A stretch of DNA of 64,000 bases, from the NCBI GenBank assembly GCA_964639185.1, contig CAZXCN010000004.1, positions 174 through 64,173 on the forward strand. Direction: 5' to 3'. The translations under genes and the position numbers were made by a program. Under the pieces are notes generated by a model that was not told the DNA's origin, searched no databases, and saw only the letters and a list, made by a program, of their open reading frames with translations. Numbering within the stretch: the stretch's first letter is position 1; the number at the start of each line of letters is the position of its first letter. This stretch comes from an uncultured Candidatus Saccharibacteria bacterium. GTDB taxonomy: Bacteria; Patescibacteriota; Minisyncoccia; Phycocordibacterales; UBA9973. Below are positions 8,893 to 19,608 of this stretch, piece by piece.

Positions 8893-10863
8893 TTAGTTAT
8901 CGATACGCTCGTAACCTGTTCTGAAGTCAGTTTGTGGTAGAAGATTACTGATTGCATTACCAGCACTCAAAGCAGCATTTGTCCAAGTCTGGATTTGATC
9001 CAAACGAACACGGTATGAAGCACCGTATACTGCTGGGTTTGTAGCATTAACAGTCAAAGTAAAGTTCTTTGTTGTACCATCATCTAGACGGAACCCGTTT
9101 GTCTCGATAGTAGCATTTGATGTACTAAGAGCAAGAGAGTTTGTAAATGATGTGTAAACAGCTGTAGTTGGAGCTGAAGAGTTTTCAAACACTACGTTGA
9201 ATGCATTTGTAGATGTCATTGAAGAGTTTGAAACCTGTGCAGACTGACCCAAGTATAGTGTGTTACCAAATGCAGTAACTGCAACTGGGATAGTATAAGT
9301 AACTGAAGTTACGTTACCGTTTGTGTCAGTTGTACGTGTTGTAGATGGAGTACCCATTACAACGTTAGCACCTGTTGAGCGGAAAGTAATAGCGTTACCT
9401 GTAGCAGAACCAGAACGGTCACCTGCAACAACTTGGTCATTGTTTGTATCTTCGATATCAAGAGCACCAGCTGCACTACCTGTTGTAGTTACTAGACCTG
9501 ATGTGATTGAAGCTGTAAGAGTGTCTCCTTCAGCAAAACCAGTGTCGATATCATTGATATCAGCATAGATTGTACCTGTTAAAGTAGAACCATCTGAGAT
9601 TTCAAGATTCAAGTCATTGAAACTAACTGTAGCTGTAGCTGTGTTAGATGTTGAAACTGATTCGTTGAATGTCTCACCATTTATCTTCAAAGTTACATTT
9701 GAAGTCATTTGATCTAGGTCAGAAGCTGATGTACCTGTACCTGTGAACAATACTGGGATTTGATCAACATACATCTTTGAACCTTGAGCCTTGATTGTAA
9801 ATTTCAAAAGCTCAACTTGATTTGTATCGTTTGTTGTAGAAACTTTTACTGTCTTTGAAGTAACTGTATCAGAAGCTAGGTTAACCTTTGCTTCAACATC
9901 ATTTGTACTTGAAAGAGTATCAAATATTGCTGTGTTTGAGATAGAACCTGTTGAATCTGTAAGAACTGCACCTGCAGCATCTTGGTAACGTGTACTTGAA
10001 AGAGTAACTGTCCAAATGTTGTTTGATGAACCAGTGTTACCAGAATCGATATCACCTACTGCATCAACAGCAACATAGAATTTACCAACTTTGTCAGCCT
10101 TTACTATTGCATTAGCTAAAGAAATTGACTTTGAGTAAGTACCTGAAGTTTCTGAGAAGTCATCAGTTGAAGCTGAGCCTACCTTTACATCGTTGTACCA
10201 GATTGATACAGACTCTGCATAACGGTCTAGCTTACTTGAACCTGAACCACTATTTACAAATGAAACTTTCATTAATGTAACAGCTAGGTCTGAGTTATTG
10301 TCAGCCTCTACTTCAATACCAAGAACCTTTGCATTTGTATCACCTTCACCAATCTTTGTGTTTGATGTAGGAGTTGAAAGCTTAGTAATATCTGCACTAC
10401 CTGCACCACCTGAAAGACTACCTGTTGTAGTAGTAGTTGTTGTAGTAGTTGTTGTAGTTGTTGTATTAGCCTTTGCCATTGACATTGCGCCAAAAGCACC
10501 ATCAGCTGTTAAACCGTTTGCTGACTGCCAAGCCATAACCTTTGCCTTTGTCATTGGACCAAATTTTCCATCAGCTGTTATGCCTAGGAATTTTTGAAGA
10601 TCCATAACTGCAGCACCTGTACTACCTAACTTTAGAGTTGTTGAACCGAAGTTGTAAGTTGTACCTGTTGTTGTTGAACCTGTTGTACTTGAACCACCTA
10701 CATTTGCCATGATCCACTGTGCAGTGAAGCCTTTTGCAATGTACGCATCAAGTTCTGCCATTGTAAGAGCACTAGCTGTGTTAACAGCAACTGCACCAAA
10801 CAAAGCAAGAGCAACAACAAATCCACCGATTTTTGCACTCTTTGATTGTATAAATTTTAACAT
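8893..10863 (-). CDS. Secreted/anchored surface protein with peptidoglycan-binding domain, poly-Thr linker and S/T-rich beta-rich region
   Basis: N-terminal signal/anchor 'KIGGFVVALALFGAVAV'. PG_binding_1-like repeats ('LGSTGAAVMDLQKFLGITADGKFGPMTKAKVMAWQSANGLTADGAFG'). 14 consecutive Thr, then a long Ser/Thr/Asn-rich region. Confidence 0.6.
   Translation of the reverse strand: MLKFIQSKSAKIGGFVVALALFGAVAVNTASALTMAELDAYIAKGFTAQWIMANVGGSSTTGSTTTGTTYNFGSTTLKLGSTGAAVMDLQKFLGITADGKFGPMTKAKVMAWQSANGLTADGAFGAMSMAKANTTTTTTTTTTTTTTGSLSGGAGSADITKLSTPTSNTKIGEGDTNAKVLGIEVEADNNSDLAVTLMKVSFVNSGSGSSKLDRYAESVSIWYNDVKVGSASTDDFSETSGTYSKSISLANAIVKADKVGKFYVAVDAVGDIDSGNTGSSNNIWTVTLSSTRYQDAAGAVLTDSTGSISNTAIFDTLSSTNDVEAKVNLASDTVTSKTVKVSTTNDTNQVELLKFTIKAQGSKMYVDQIPVLFTGTGTSASDLDQMTSNVTLKINGETFNESVSTSNTATATVSFNDLNLEISDGSTLTGTIYADINDIDTGFAEGDTLTASITSGLVTTTGSAAGALDIEDTNNDQVVAGDRSGSATGNAITFRSTGANVVMGTPSTTRTTDTNGNVTSVTYTIPVAVTAFGNTLYLGQSAQVSNSSMTSTNAFNVVFENSSAPTTAVYTSFTNSLALSTSNATIETNGFRLDDGTTKNFTLTVNATNPAVYGASYRVRLDQIQTWTNAALSAGNAISNLLPQTDFRTGYERIDN
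10423..10464 (-). repeat. Simple-sequence repeat encoding the Thr14 linker (ACA/ACT codon triplets)
   Basis: Plus strand reads tgt/agt triplets in tandem ('tgttgtagtagtagttgttgtagtagttgttgtagttgttgt'). Confidence 0.8.
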
Positions 10864-11607
10864 AATTGTTTAACTAAATATTTATAAAGTTACGCTAGCT
10901 TCGACGAGGGTCGGATAATTCCAGACTCCTACACTAGCACCGTATAAACATTTTCTTCGATACACCTTATAAGGATGTATCGTTTGCCCGAACTTTTTCA
11001 TCTTTCATACTTCTCTATCAAAGTAGTATTAACATGATCAAGACGAGCGTGACTAAATCAGAATATTTATATATTTTATTACATCGAGCTCTATCACAAG
11101 ATGAGATAAAAGATTTAAATAAACTGAGTAAGTTTCGAAAAAAGGCCTTGTTCCGACGCTATGTCGGTAACGCCATATATACTATATATAGTACACATGA
11201 CAGACCAATTGAAACGAATAATAATTGTAAACATTGATTACTGCTTACCGTTGAGACGGCGCATGTAATACTTTTGGAAACAATTTGGCTGTATTTTGAT
11301 TCGGTATCAATAAAATACAGTATTCTATTTTCAATGATCCCCCGCGCCTGTAAACAGTGCGAGTACCTATCTGAAATTCCTTATAAATAAGTAATACAGA
11401 CAGATGTTACATGATAGCATAATATACAAAAATATACCAGTGCTAGCACGTTTAAACATTATACACTACAAACATAAATAAATCATATATTCAATAGTGT
11501 GGATATCTTTAAATTAATACAGTTCTCCAAAGATTTTGAATCTAAGGAAACAACTAATACATAACACAACGATATCTATTTACTATGACGGAGGAATAGG
11601 GCTTTTA

Positions 11608-12510
11608 TTACAAAACGTGATATCTAGACCAACGCTTTTCACCTGATTTACGTATTTGTCCTTTTTGGACTAAATCATTGAGTTCTCTTTGAATTGTCTT
11701 TTCAGAGCAATCTATAAAAGACGAAGATATGTCTTTTATACTAACCCCTGTTTGTCCGTTTGGTGAATTTTTTTTAGAGTTTATTAATTCAATTATTTTA
11801 GATTTTCTATCAGACTTTTCTTCTTTACTAAAAGACTTTTGCAAGAATGAATTCGTTACTTCTGTTTTATTTTTATGAGACAAAATCTCATGTTTTTTTG
11901 TAAAAGACATTATTTGCTTATTGTCCTTTACTTGTCCTTTACTATCAGAAGCTTCTAATTCTTTGTACCAAAAAGGTTTTGCTAATGATGCTGATTCAGC
12001 ATACACAGGAAGTGGTGTGGAAAGCGATTCTTTGTTGATTGTAAATTGTGGAACAGAGCTATTTATAAATGCTGAATTCTCTGATATTGAAGCTTGATTT
12101 TTGTCCTGATATTTAAGTAGTTCTTTACTCAATATATCGAACTCAGATTTAAGAATATTAGTATTCATCTCTGACACAAAACCGATAATAGATGCTATCT
12201 CAACAAAGGATATAATTTCATTAATTTTAAACACACAAGATGATACAGAAAAATGTTTATCAGTAGCTCGCATGCTAGTAAATTTGTGTATGTCTGATAG
12301 TAGGTCTACTCCCAATGATCGCATTTTTAATTTTAGCGCTTCATCGGATTCCATACAGTCAGTAACCATATACAAAGCAGTAACCAACTTTTGTGTCTTT
12401 TTAGTAGCAAACTCTGAAAAAGCATTATTTAATAAGGGTTCTTTATTAATGTCCGTTTGGTTAAAGGTCTTATTGTCTGTTTGATTTTGTATGTCTTTTT
12501 CGTAATTCAT
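11608..12510 (-). CDS. Hypothetical protein with C-terminal winged-helix DNA-binding-like segment
   Basis: C-terminal 'SEKTIQRELNDLVQKGQIRKSGEKRWSRYHV' resembles a DeoR/wHTH recognition helix. Remainder is low complexity. Confidence 0.4.
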   Translation of the reverse strand: MNYEKDIQNQTDNKTFNQTDINKEPLLNNAFSEFATKKTQKLVTALYMVTDCMESDEALKLKMRSLGVDLLSDIHKFTSMRATDKHFSVSSCVFKINEIISFVEIASIIGFVSEMNTNILKSEFDILSKELLKYQDKNQASISENSAFINSSVPQFTINKESLSTPLPVYAESASLAKPFWYKELEASDSKGQVKDNKQIMSFTKKHEILSHKNKTEVTNSFLQKSFSKEEKSDRKSKIIELINSKKNSPNGQTGVSIKDISSSFIDCSEKTIQRELNDLVQKGQIRKSGEKRWSRYHVL

Positions 12511-12688
12511 AATTTGTCTTTTAGTAGATTTTATTAAATTGCTTGACCATTATATAACGGACATGAGACATAATGCAAGGGTTTTCTTGTAAAGAAATTA
12601 TTGTGTCAGCCATGTGAAATTATTTCATTTTGAGCATGATAAATTCTTACTACTTTCTAATTAATTCATGATATAATTAACAAATATT

Positions 12689-14905
12689 ATGACAAAAAAA
12701 GTTGTTGAAGATGATGAAGATTTTGACGAAGAGGAACCACGCAAATCCACTCGTAAAAATAAAAAATCAGTTAATAAAAAAAGCAAAAAAAAGGTAGAGC
12801 TAAAGGAAGAAACAAGGCATAGTATTATCGGTGTCAGCTTCTTTGTTTTGGGTGTGTTTATTGTTATGTCTTTCTTCCAATCTGCAGGTGTAGCTGGTAG
12901 CTTTTTTTCCAAAATATTTAATTCATTTTTTGGTGTTGGGTACTACTTCTTGCCTATATTGCTCGGTGTTGTAGGGATATCATTTATGCGTACAGGTCGC
13001 CCACAAGTAGCCCGCTTGCATGCAATAACCGGAGCATTAGTACTATTATCTTCCCTCGCTATTATGGACCTAGCAATGAATGGAACAGGTGCTTCTGAAA
13101 ATATATCTATGGGTGGATATCTAGGTAGCTTGTTTGCATATCCATTTGTAAAACTTTTTGGAATTTACGCCAGCTTTTTATTCCTCGGTGCAATACTTAT
13201 AGTTTCATTAATCGTATTATTTGATAACAAGCCAAATCTACTAGGATTCTGGAATAGTATAAAAAATGTACTTTCTAGTAAATTAAATTTCTCTCTATTT
13301 AAATCTAATAAAAATGATGACACTTATGAGGAATACAATTACGAAGAAGAATCAATAGAATCAGAACCTGTAAAAGTTCCTGAAGTACAGACAATGAATA
13401 ATGATGTGGTAGAAGAAAACGAAGAAGAAGAATTTATTCCAAAAAAGAGAAAAATATCCGGCGCTTATGTCCCTCCCCCATTATCATTACTAGAACGCGA
13501 CAAAGGTAAACCAAATGTAGGTGACATTAAATCTAACATGAATATCATTCAGCGGACTCTTGCGAACTTTGGTATTCAAGTCGAGATGGATGAAGTAACC
13601 ATAGGCCCTACAGTTACTCGATACGCATTGAAACCTGCACAAGGTATGAAATTATCACGTATTGTTGGTTTACAAAATGACCTAGCCTTGGCTCTTGCTG
13701 CACACCCTATCCGTATCGAAGCTCCTATTCCTGGTAAATCACTAGTAGGTATCGAGATCCCAAACAAAGTAAAATCAACAGTGGGTCTTGCAACATTGCT
13801 TGCTGATGAGAAATTCCAACAAGCTTCCAAGCCTCTAACAGTAGCTCTCGGTAAAGGGTTGTCTGGACGTGCATACTTTGGCAACTTGGCGAAAATGCCT
13901 CATGCACTAATAGCAGGAGCAACAGGATCAGGTAAATCAGTAACTATCCACTCAGTTATCACCTCACTCCTTTATCGAAATGGCCCCGAAGAAATGCGCA
14001 TGATCATGGTGGATCCAAAACGTGTAGAACTTACCCTTTATAATAAAATTCCACACCTATTAACACCTGTTATAACAGATGCCAAAAAATGTATCTTGGC
14101 GCTTAAATGGGCAGCAAAAGAAATGGATCGTCGTTATGACATGCTAGAGAGCGAAGCTGTGCGCGATATTGAGAGTTATCACAATACAATTCTTCCAAAG
14201 AAAAAGAATATAGAAGAGAGCGACAAGATGCCTTATATAGTTATTATCATTGATGAATTAGCTGATATTATGCAATCTTACCCAAGGGAATTAGAGAGTG
14301 CTATCGTTCGCCTAGCCCAGATGTCACGTGCTGTGGGTATTCACCTTATTCTTTCTACTCAACGCCCATCGGTCAATGTCATCACAGGGCTTATCAAAGC
14401 CAATGTTCCTACTCGTGTAGCTTTACAGGTTTCCTCACAGATCGATTCACGTACAATATTAGATGCTGCTGGTGCTGAGAAGCTCCTAGGTGCAGGAGAT
14501 ATGTTGTATGCTTCAGGTGAGATGAGCCAACCAGAACGCCTACAAAGTGCATTTATATCTGAAGACGAAGTAAAGAAAGTGGTACAATACTTAAAGAGAG
14601 CTTATCAAGACGAACTTCCTGATGAAATAGATCTTTCTGGTACTGTAGATAGTGGTAGTGGATTGTTCAATGCAAGCATGGATGACAATAACGATGATGA
14701 CCTATACGAAGATGCTCGTATAACAGTTATCGAATCAGGAAAAGCGAGTACTTCATACTTGCAACGCAAGCTTGGTGTTGGATACGCTCGTGCTGCAAAA
14801 TTAATAGACATGCTCGAAGATCGTGGAATAGTAGGTCCAGGAAATGGATCCAAGCCTCGTGACGTATTAGAAAAACCAATAAATAACCCAGCTTCAATGG
14901 AATAA
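12689..14905 (+). CDS. ftsK: DNA translocase FtsK/SpoIIIE
   Basis: N-terminal TM segments, Walker A 'GATGSGKS', 'RPSVNVITGLIKANVPTRVALQVSS', and C-terminal gamma winged helix 'SYLQRKLGVGYARAAKLIDMLEDRGIVGP'. Confidence 0.9.
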   Translation: MTKKVVEDDEDFDEEEPRKSTRKNKKSVNKKSKKKVELKEETRHSIIGVSFFVLGVFIVMSFFQSAGVAGSFFSKIFNSFFGVGYYFLPILLGVVGISFMRTGRPQVARLHAITGALVLLSSLAIMDLAMNGTGASENISMGGYLGSLFAYPFVKLFGIYASFLFLGAILIVSLIVLFDNKPNLLGFWNSIKNVLSSKLNFSLFKSNKNDDTYEEYNYEEESIESEPVKVPEVQTMNNDVVEENEEEEFIPKKRKISGAYVPPPLSLLERDKGKPNVGDIKSNMNIIQRTLANFGIQVEMDEVTIGPTVTRYALKPAQGMKLSRIVGLQNDLALALAAHPIRIEAPIPGKSLVGIEIPNKVKSTVGLATLLADEKFQQASKPLTVALGKGLSGRAYFGNLAKMPHALIAGATGSGKSVTIHSVITSLLYRNGPEEMRMIMVDPKRVELTLYNKIPHLLTPVITDAKKCILALKWAAKEMDRRYDMLESEAVRDIESYHNTILPKKKNIEESDKMPYIVIIIDELADIMQSYPRELESAIVRLAQMSRAVGIHLILSTQRPSVNVITGLIKANVPTRVALQVSSQIDSRTILDAAGAEKLLGAGDMLYASGEMSQPERLQSAFISEDEVKKVVQYLKRAYQDELPDEIDLSGTVDSGSGLFNASMDDNNDDDLYEDARITVIESGKASTSYLQRKLGVGYARAAKLIDMLEDRGIVGPGNGSKPRDVLEKPINNPASME

Positions 14906-14909
14906 TATT

Positions 14910-15308
14910 ATGAAAAAGTGGCTAAATACAAAAAGTATAGCATTCTGGACACGAGCTTCTTTATCTGTATTGTTATTTACATTTATTAGCACATATACAT
15001 TTGTACAGATGCGTGAAATATTCTATGGTGTCGATATCAAAGCAAATATTAGTGACTATATAGAGAGTACTCACATATCACAAATATCTGGGCAAGCCAA
15101 GAATGCTATATATCTAACAATCAACGGCAGAGAGATCTCGGTAGATAAAAATGGTTCATTTACAGAGAACATGGCTCTCCCCTACGGATTCTCGATTATT
15201 ACCCTAGTAGCAAAAGATCAATTTGGAAAAATAATAGAAAAAACCATGGAAGTATATACAACGAAAGAAAGATCTGTTGCTTATCAAGTAAAGAACAAAG
15301 ATTTATAA
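14910..15308 (+). CDS. Hypothetical membrane-anchored protein
   Basis: Single N-terminal hydrophobic segment. Gene sits 4 nt after ftsK and upstream of recA. Confidence 0.4.
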   Translation: MKKWLNTKSIAFWTRASLSVLLFTFISTYTFVQMREIFYGVDIKANISDYIESTHISQISGQAKNAIYLTINGREISVDKNGSFTENMALPYGFSIITLVAKDQFGKIIEKTMEVYTTKERSVAYQVKNKDL

Positions 15309-15345
15309 TTTATTATTAATAATATAGACATAGTCTAAAATTTAT

Positions 15346-16395
15346 ATGCAGAAAAAAGCAAAAAAAGGGACAAAAGAAATAGGAGCTGGGATCGAAGATA
15401 CAATCCGCTCTATTCAAACAAAATTTGGTGAGGGTGCAATCATGAAGCTCGGAGATTCACCAAAAGTAGATATTGATGTTATTCCTACTGGATCGATCGG
15501 TCTTGATATGGCTCTTGGTGTCGGTGGAGTACCACGTGGACGTATCCTTGAAATATTTGGACCAGAATCAAGTGGTAAGACTACCCTTGCCCTTCACATA
15601 GTAGCTGAAGCTCAAAAGAAAGGTGGGGTTTGTGCTTATATCGACGCAGAACATGCTATGGATCCAGAATACGCAAAGAAGTTAGGTGTAAATATAAAAG
15701 AATTATTAATATCACAGCCAGATACAGGTGAACAAGGTTTAGAAATCACAGAATCACTAGTTCGCTCTGGTAAAATAGACGTTGTTGTTATCGACTCTGT
15801 TGCTGCCCTTACTCCAAAAGATGAAATAGAGGGTGATATGGGTCAAAGTCATATGGGTAAACAAGCTAGATTAATGTCCCAAGCTCTTCGCAAATTGACA
15901 GCTATTGTGGCACGATCCAACACAGTAGTTATATTTATAAACCAGATTCGCATGCAAATAGGTGTCATGTTTGGTAATCCTGAGACTACTCCAGGTGGTA
16001 AGGCTCTTAAATTCTATACATCTGTTCGCCTAGACATACGCCGTATTGCCCAGATAAAAAAGGGTGAAGAAATAGTAGGTAGCCGTACACGAGTAAAAGT
16101 TGTAAAAAACAAAGTAGCAGCCCCATTCAAGCAAACAGAGTTCGATATATTATACGGCGAAGGTATTTCCCGCGAAGGTGAAATCATGGCTCTTGGTGAA
16201 AAGCTCGGCATTATAGACAAGTCTGGTGCCTCATATTCAATGAAAGACAAAGAAGGTAACAAAGTGCCTATGGGACGTGGATATGATGCAACACGCACAT
16301 GGCTAAAGGAAAACAAAAAGGTTGCTGATGCAATACTAAAAGAAGTCCGTTCCCGCTTTGGTGAAATACAGACAGTTGCCGCTAGTGAGGAATAA
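15346..16395 (+). CDS. recA: Recombinase RecA
   Basis: '[13 protein letters not shown]' Walker A, '[10 protein letters not shown]' and '[28 protein letters not shown]' are canonical RecA motifs. Confidence 0.95.
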   Translation: MQKKAKKGTKEIGAGIEDTIRSIQTKFGEGAIMKLGDSPKVDIDVIPTGSIGLDMALGVGGVPRGRILEIFGPESSGKTTLALHIVAEAQKKGGVCAYIDAEHAMDPEYAKKLGVNIKELLISQPDTGEQGLEITESLVRSGKIDVVVIDSVAALTPKDEIEGDMGQSHMGKQARLMSQALRKLTAIVARSNTVVIFINQIRMQIGVMFGNPETTPGGKALKFYTSVRLDIRRIAQIKKGEEIVGSRTRVKVVKNKVAAPFKQTEFDILYGEGISREGEIMALGEKLGIIDKSGASYSMKDKEGNKVPMGRGYDATRTWLKENKKVADAILKEVRSRFGEIQTVAASEE

Positions 16396-16473
16396 ATATT
16401 TAAAAAAGTATTTCAATACTATGAAATACTTTTTGTGCTTGCCTATAAATTATAAATTTGTTATAAAAAGCTT

Positions 16474-17052
16474 ATGTTAGAATATTCAGAAATAAAGGAA
16501 AAGAAGGTAATAATATACGAGGATGAGCCTTGTGAGGTACTTGAGAGTCATGTAGCCCGTACACAACAGCGTAAACCTCAGAATCAGGTGAAATTAAAGA
16601 GCCTTATTACTGGACGCACTGTAAATACGACTTTCCATGCTTCAGACAAAGCTCATGAAGCTGATGTAAACAAGAAGGAGGTCAAGTTTTTATTTGCAAA
16701 CAAAGGCGAATACTGGTTCTGCGACCCTACCAATCCAAAGGACCGATTCCAGCTTTCCGATATTGTACTAGGTAGTTCTACTAAATTTCTAAAGCCAAAT
16801 GAATTAGTTACTGCTCTTGTTTGGGACAATGATGGCGAGGATCAGATCATAAGTATTAAACTTCCAGTAAAAATGGAATTTATAATCAAAGAGGCACCTC
16901 CCTCAATCAAAGGCAACACTGCAAATGGTGGGGGTAAAGTTGTAGTATTGGAAAATGGAATTAATTTAAATGTCCCCTTCTTCCTAAATACTGGAGACAA
17001 GATTCGTATAAATACAGAAACCGGCGACTACGTAGAAAGAGTAACTGAATAA
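16474..17052 (+). CDS. efp: Translation elongation factor P
   Basis: Three-domain EF-P pattern: '...VKLKSLITGRTVNTTF...', 'EYWFCDPTN', 'VPFFLNTGDKIRINTETGDYVERV'. Confidence 0.9.
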   Translation: MLEYSEIKEKKVIIYEDEPCEVLESHVARTQQRKPQNQVKLKSLITGRTVNTTFHASDKAHEADVNKKEVKFLFANKGEYWFCDPTNPKDRFQLSDIVLGSSTKFLKPNELVTALVWDNDGEDQIISIKLPVKMEFIIKEAPPSIKGNTANGGGKVVVLENGINLNVPFFLNTGDKIRINTETGDYVERVTE

Positions 17053-17061
17053 AATATAAAT

Positions 17062-17098
17062 TAAAAATTCCCTAGGCCTTGCCTAGGGAATTTTTAAT
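17062..17098. terminator. Bidirectional rho-independent terminator; copy A of the palindromic element ttaaaaattccctagg-N-cctagggaatttttaa
   Basis: 16-bp perfect stem flanked by A/T runs between convergent efp (+) and the M20 peptidase gene (-). Confidence 0.7.
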
Positions 17099-17100
17099 AT

Positions 17101-18195
17101 CTAATCTTGATTTTTAATAAACTCTTTTAATATCTTGTAAAATGTTTCCAAACTTTTTATATCAACCCATTCTTTATCACTTCCTATACCTCCGCCAATA
17201 GGACCAAATTCGATTCCAGCACAACCCACCTTAGAAAAGTGGTTTACATCAGATGTCCCGTGAGCACCACGCACAACCACATTACTCCCTGTAATATTTT
17301 TAGTGATTTTCTGTAAATCAATTAAATATTTATCACTTTTATCCGTAAAAACAGCTGGCTCATTTACTAAAACTTCTAGCTTGAAACCCCTAGGAAGTAT
17401 ATCTTTAATATTTTTAAGGATAGTCTTACTATCTTCTGAAATATATCTTATATCTAAGGACACTTTACAATCATCAGGAATTTTATTAAAAGCTAAATTA
17501 CTTGTTTCTATTTTACTTAAATTTATTGTTGTTACCCATTTTTCAGATATAGGTATCGGAAAATTATTTTTTAAAACAGAAAGAAATTCATTCATTTTCC
17601 AAATTGCATTTTCCCCTTTCCATGGATATGCTCCGTGTGCTGTTAGACCTTTTGTGGAAATGTTTAATTTTAATACTCCTTTTGCTTTATGAACGATATC
17701 AAAATTAGTAGGCTCACCCGCAAGTACAAAATCCGCACGGATACCTTTTTCTACTTGATATTTTGTACCATTAAATCCTCCTATTTCTTCATCTGTAACC
17801 AATTGTAAACCCAAAGGATAATCTACTTTAGTCGCCATATCTTTAAAAGCAAATATCATACATGCAGTATTTGCTTTCATATCCATAGAACCAGCACCAT
17901 ATAGCTTGTTGCCAATTATCCTTGGTGTATATTGTGTATCTTTTGCTGGTATAACATCCAAGTGAGCATTTAATAAAATTTTAAACTTCTTTGGTCTCTT
18001 TTCAGATTTATAAACTAATGCACTTTTAACACCATCTCTTTCAAATCTTTCTATTGTAAAATCTTTTAATTCAAGAAGTGCCAACTCTAAAACATCCCCC
18101 AAAGCTTTTGGGTTTCCTTCAACAGACTTTATAAAAATAAACTTTTTTGATAAAGATAAAATATTTTTTAACATAAATTTTAAATAAAAAACCAT
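17101..18195 (-). CDS. M20-family metallopeptidase/deacylase (ArgE/DapE-like)
   Basis: 'NAHLDVIP', 'GAGSMDMKA' (GxxDxK) and 'LVTDEEIGG' metal-ligand motifs are typical of M20 amidohydrolases. Confidence 0.75.
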   Translation of the reverse strand: MVFYLKFMLKNILSLSKKFIFIKSVEGNPKALGDVLELALLELKDFTIERFERDGVKSALVYKSEKRPKKFKILLNAHLDVIPAKDTQYTPRIIGNKLYGAGSMDMKANTACMIFAFKDMATKVDYPLGLQLVTDEEIGGFNGTKYQVEKGIRADFVLAGEPTNFDIVHKAKGVLKLNISTKGLTAHGAYPWKGENAIWKMNEFLSVLKNNFPIPISEKWVTTINLSKIETSNLAFNKIPDDCKVSLDIRYISEDSKTILKNIKDILPRGFKLEVLVNEPAVFTDKSDKYLIDLQKITKNITGSNVVVRGAHGTSDVNHFSKVGCAGIEFGPIGGGIGSDKEWVDIKSLETFYKILKEFIKNQD

Positions 18196-18242
18196 ATATA
18201 TTACTAAAAAATAACATATATGGTTTTGATTGTATCATACTT

Positions 18243-19568
18243 TTAAACTATCTCTCCAAAAACTGCTTGCCAATTCCCGTGCAGACGGCCTGATTTTACC
18301 TCATTGGAATCATATGGCAAAAACTCTCTGTGTCCACCCATCCAAACAGATATTCCATCAATATTTCCAAAGAATACCCTATCAATATATGCATACCTCA
18401 AACTGTCTTGTGCAATATTGTAAACAGTGGGTGGCTCACGTTCAATTTGAACAATATGTGGTCCACGATTTTTCAAACCATTCTTAACTTTCTTGCGAAA
18501 ATCTCCATCTGTTAAACGTCCTCTAACATGCCCGTAACATCCGTATGTACCTTGTGCTGGCTTTACTCGAATTGATATCTTACCAGACAATACATCTTGA
18601 AAACAAATTTTATGATTTTCTAAATAAAGAACAAATTCTTTTGCATTAAAATCATCAAATGTTTGTAGCAGGAAACCCATAGACATACTAGGCATATACC
18701 ATTTTGCGTCATTTATACGACGCAAATCATGTGAATGCCACTCTGGATTATCAATATTAAGAGTAATACTATTCTCTTTAATAATTTTCCGAAGATGCGG
18801 GATTGATAAAAGAGGATGTTCTACCGTGATACCTGGGTGCTTCAGCTTTTCTACAGGATCAGACGCTCGAACATACAATAAATAACCGCATTCGCCATTA
18901 TTTGATGATAAATAATCAACAAATTCATTCGGTCCAAAGAAGTTATCAAATCCCGAAAGTTCAAAAATTTCTTTCTCACACAATAGCTCATCAATATTTT
19001 TACCAAATTCTGAAGCTTTCATTGAGTCATACTTGTCTTGGGTAACTGCCAAAAGAGCAATGGGCATTCCAAATTTATTACGTAAAGAATTTAGCATGGA
19101 TTCAGTTTGTTCCCCATAAAAGGACTTAACCCCATTATTCTCATACACAGAACGTAATATTTGGTACAAAGCCCAACTATTCTCCATCTCAAAAATTCTT
19201 CCTCGAAGAATTCTCTTCACTTCCCCCACTTGCATGTTCTGCAATTCAAATATCAAGATATCTGTTAAGCCACACATGTCTATTTGAACAATCTGATTAA
19301 CAGGATTACCGTCTATAAAACAGTATCGATAATCTGTTGACCATTCACGATTTGCTTCTACAAGATTAGTAAAAGCTTTATTAGATTCATCGTATAGATC
19401 ACGAAGAGCTTCTACTACAACTTTAGGATACCTGATTTGAAAATCAGGAAATACTTGTGACGGTGATAAAGAAGACTTTGTTTCTTTAAGTACCACATTT
19501 GAATTTACTTTTTGCATTTTATTTTTATTTAATTGGTTGGTCGGGGCTTCTAGAATTACCCCGTACAA
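18243..19568 (-). CDS. Hypothetical protein, possible ATP-grasp-like amide ligase
   Basis: C-terminal third carries 'RVKPAQGTYGCYGHV', 'HIVQIE' and 'GISVWMGGHREF...LHGN', resembling the ATP-grasp phosphate-binding loop and downstream motifs. Weak call, by eye only. Confidence 0.35.
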   Translation of the reverse strand: MYGVILEAPTNQLNKNKMQKVNSNVVLKETKSSLSPSQVFPDFQIRYPKVVVEALRDLYDESNKAFTNLVEANREWSTDYRYCFIDGNPVNQIVQIDMCGLTDILIFELQNMQVGEVKRILRGRIFEMENSWALYQILRSVYENNGVKSFYGEQTESMLNSLRNKFGMPIALLAVTQDKYDSMKASEFGKNIDELLCEKEIFELSGFDNFFGPNEFVDYLSSNNGECGYLLYVRASDPVEKLKHPGITVEHPLLSIPHLRKIIKENSITLNIDNPEWHSHDLRRINDAKWYMPSMSMGFLLQTFDDFNAKEFVLYLENHKICFQDVLSGKISIRVKPAQGTYGCYGHVRGRLTDGDFRKKVKNGLKNRGPHIVQIEREPPTVYNIAQDSLRYAYIDRVFFGNIDGISVWMGGHREFLPYDSNEVKSGRLHGNWQAVFGEIV

Positions 19569-19608
19569 CCAATCAAATATTTTATAAAGAACAATTATTT
19601 TGCATAAA

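Noticed and set aside
11034-11237. 67-aa ORF in the 744-bp gap
   Set aside because: Low-complexity Lys/Asn-rich sequence with no RBS-like context. More likely noncoding leader or promoter DNA.
18230-18515. Small plus-strand ORFs at 18230..18487 and 18330..18515
   Set aside because: They overlap the C-terminus of the 441-aa minus-strand gene, whose terminator and upstream context support the long ORF.
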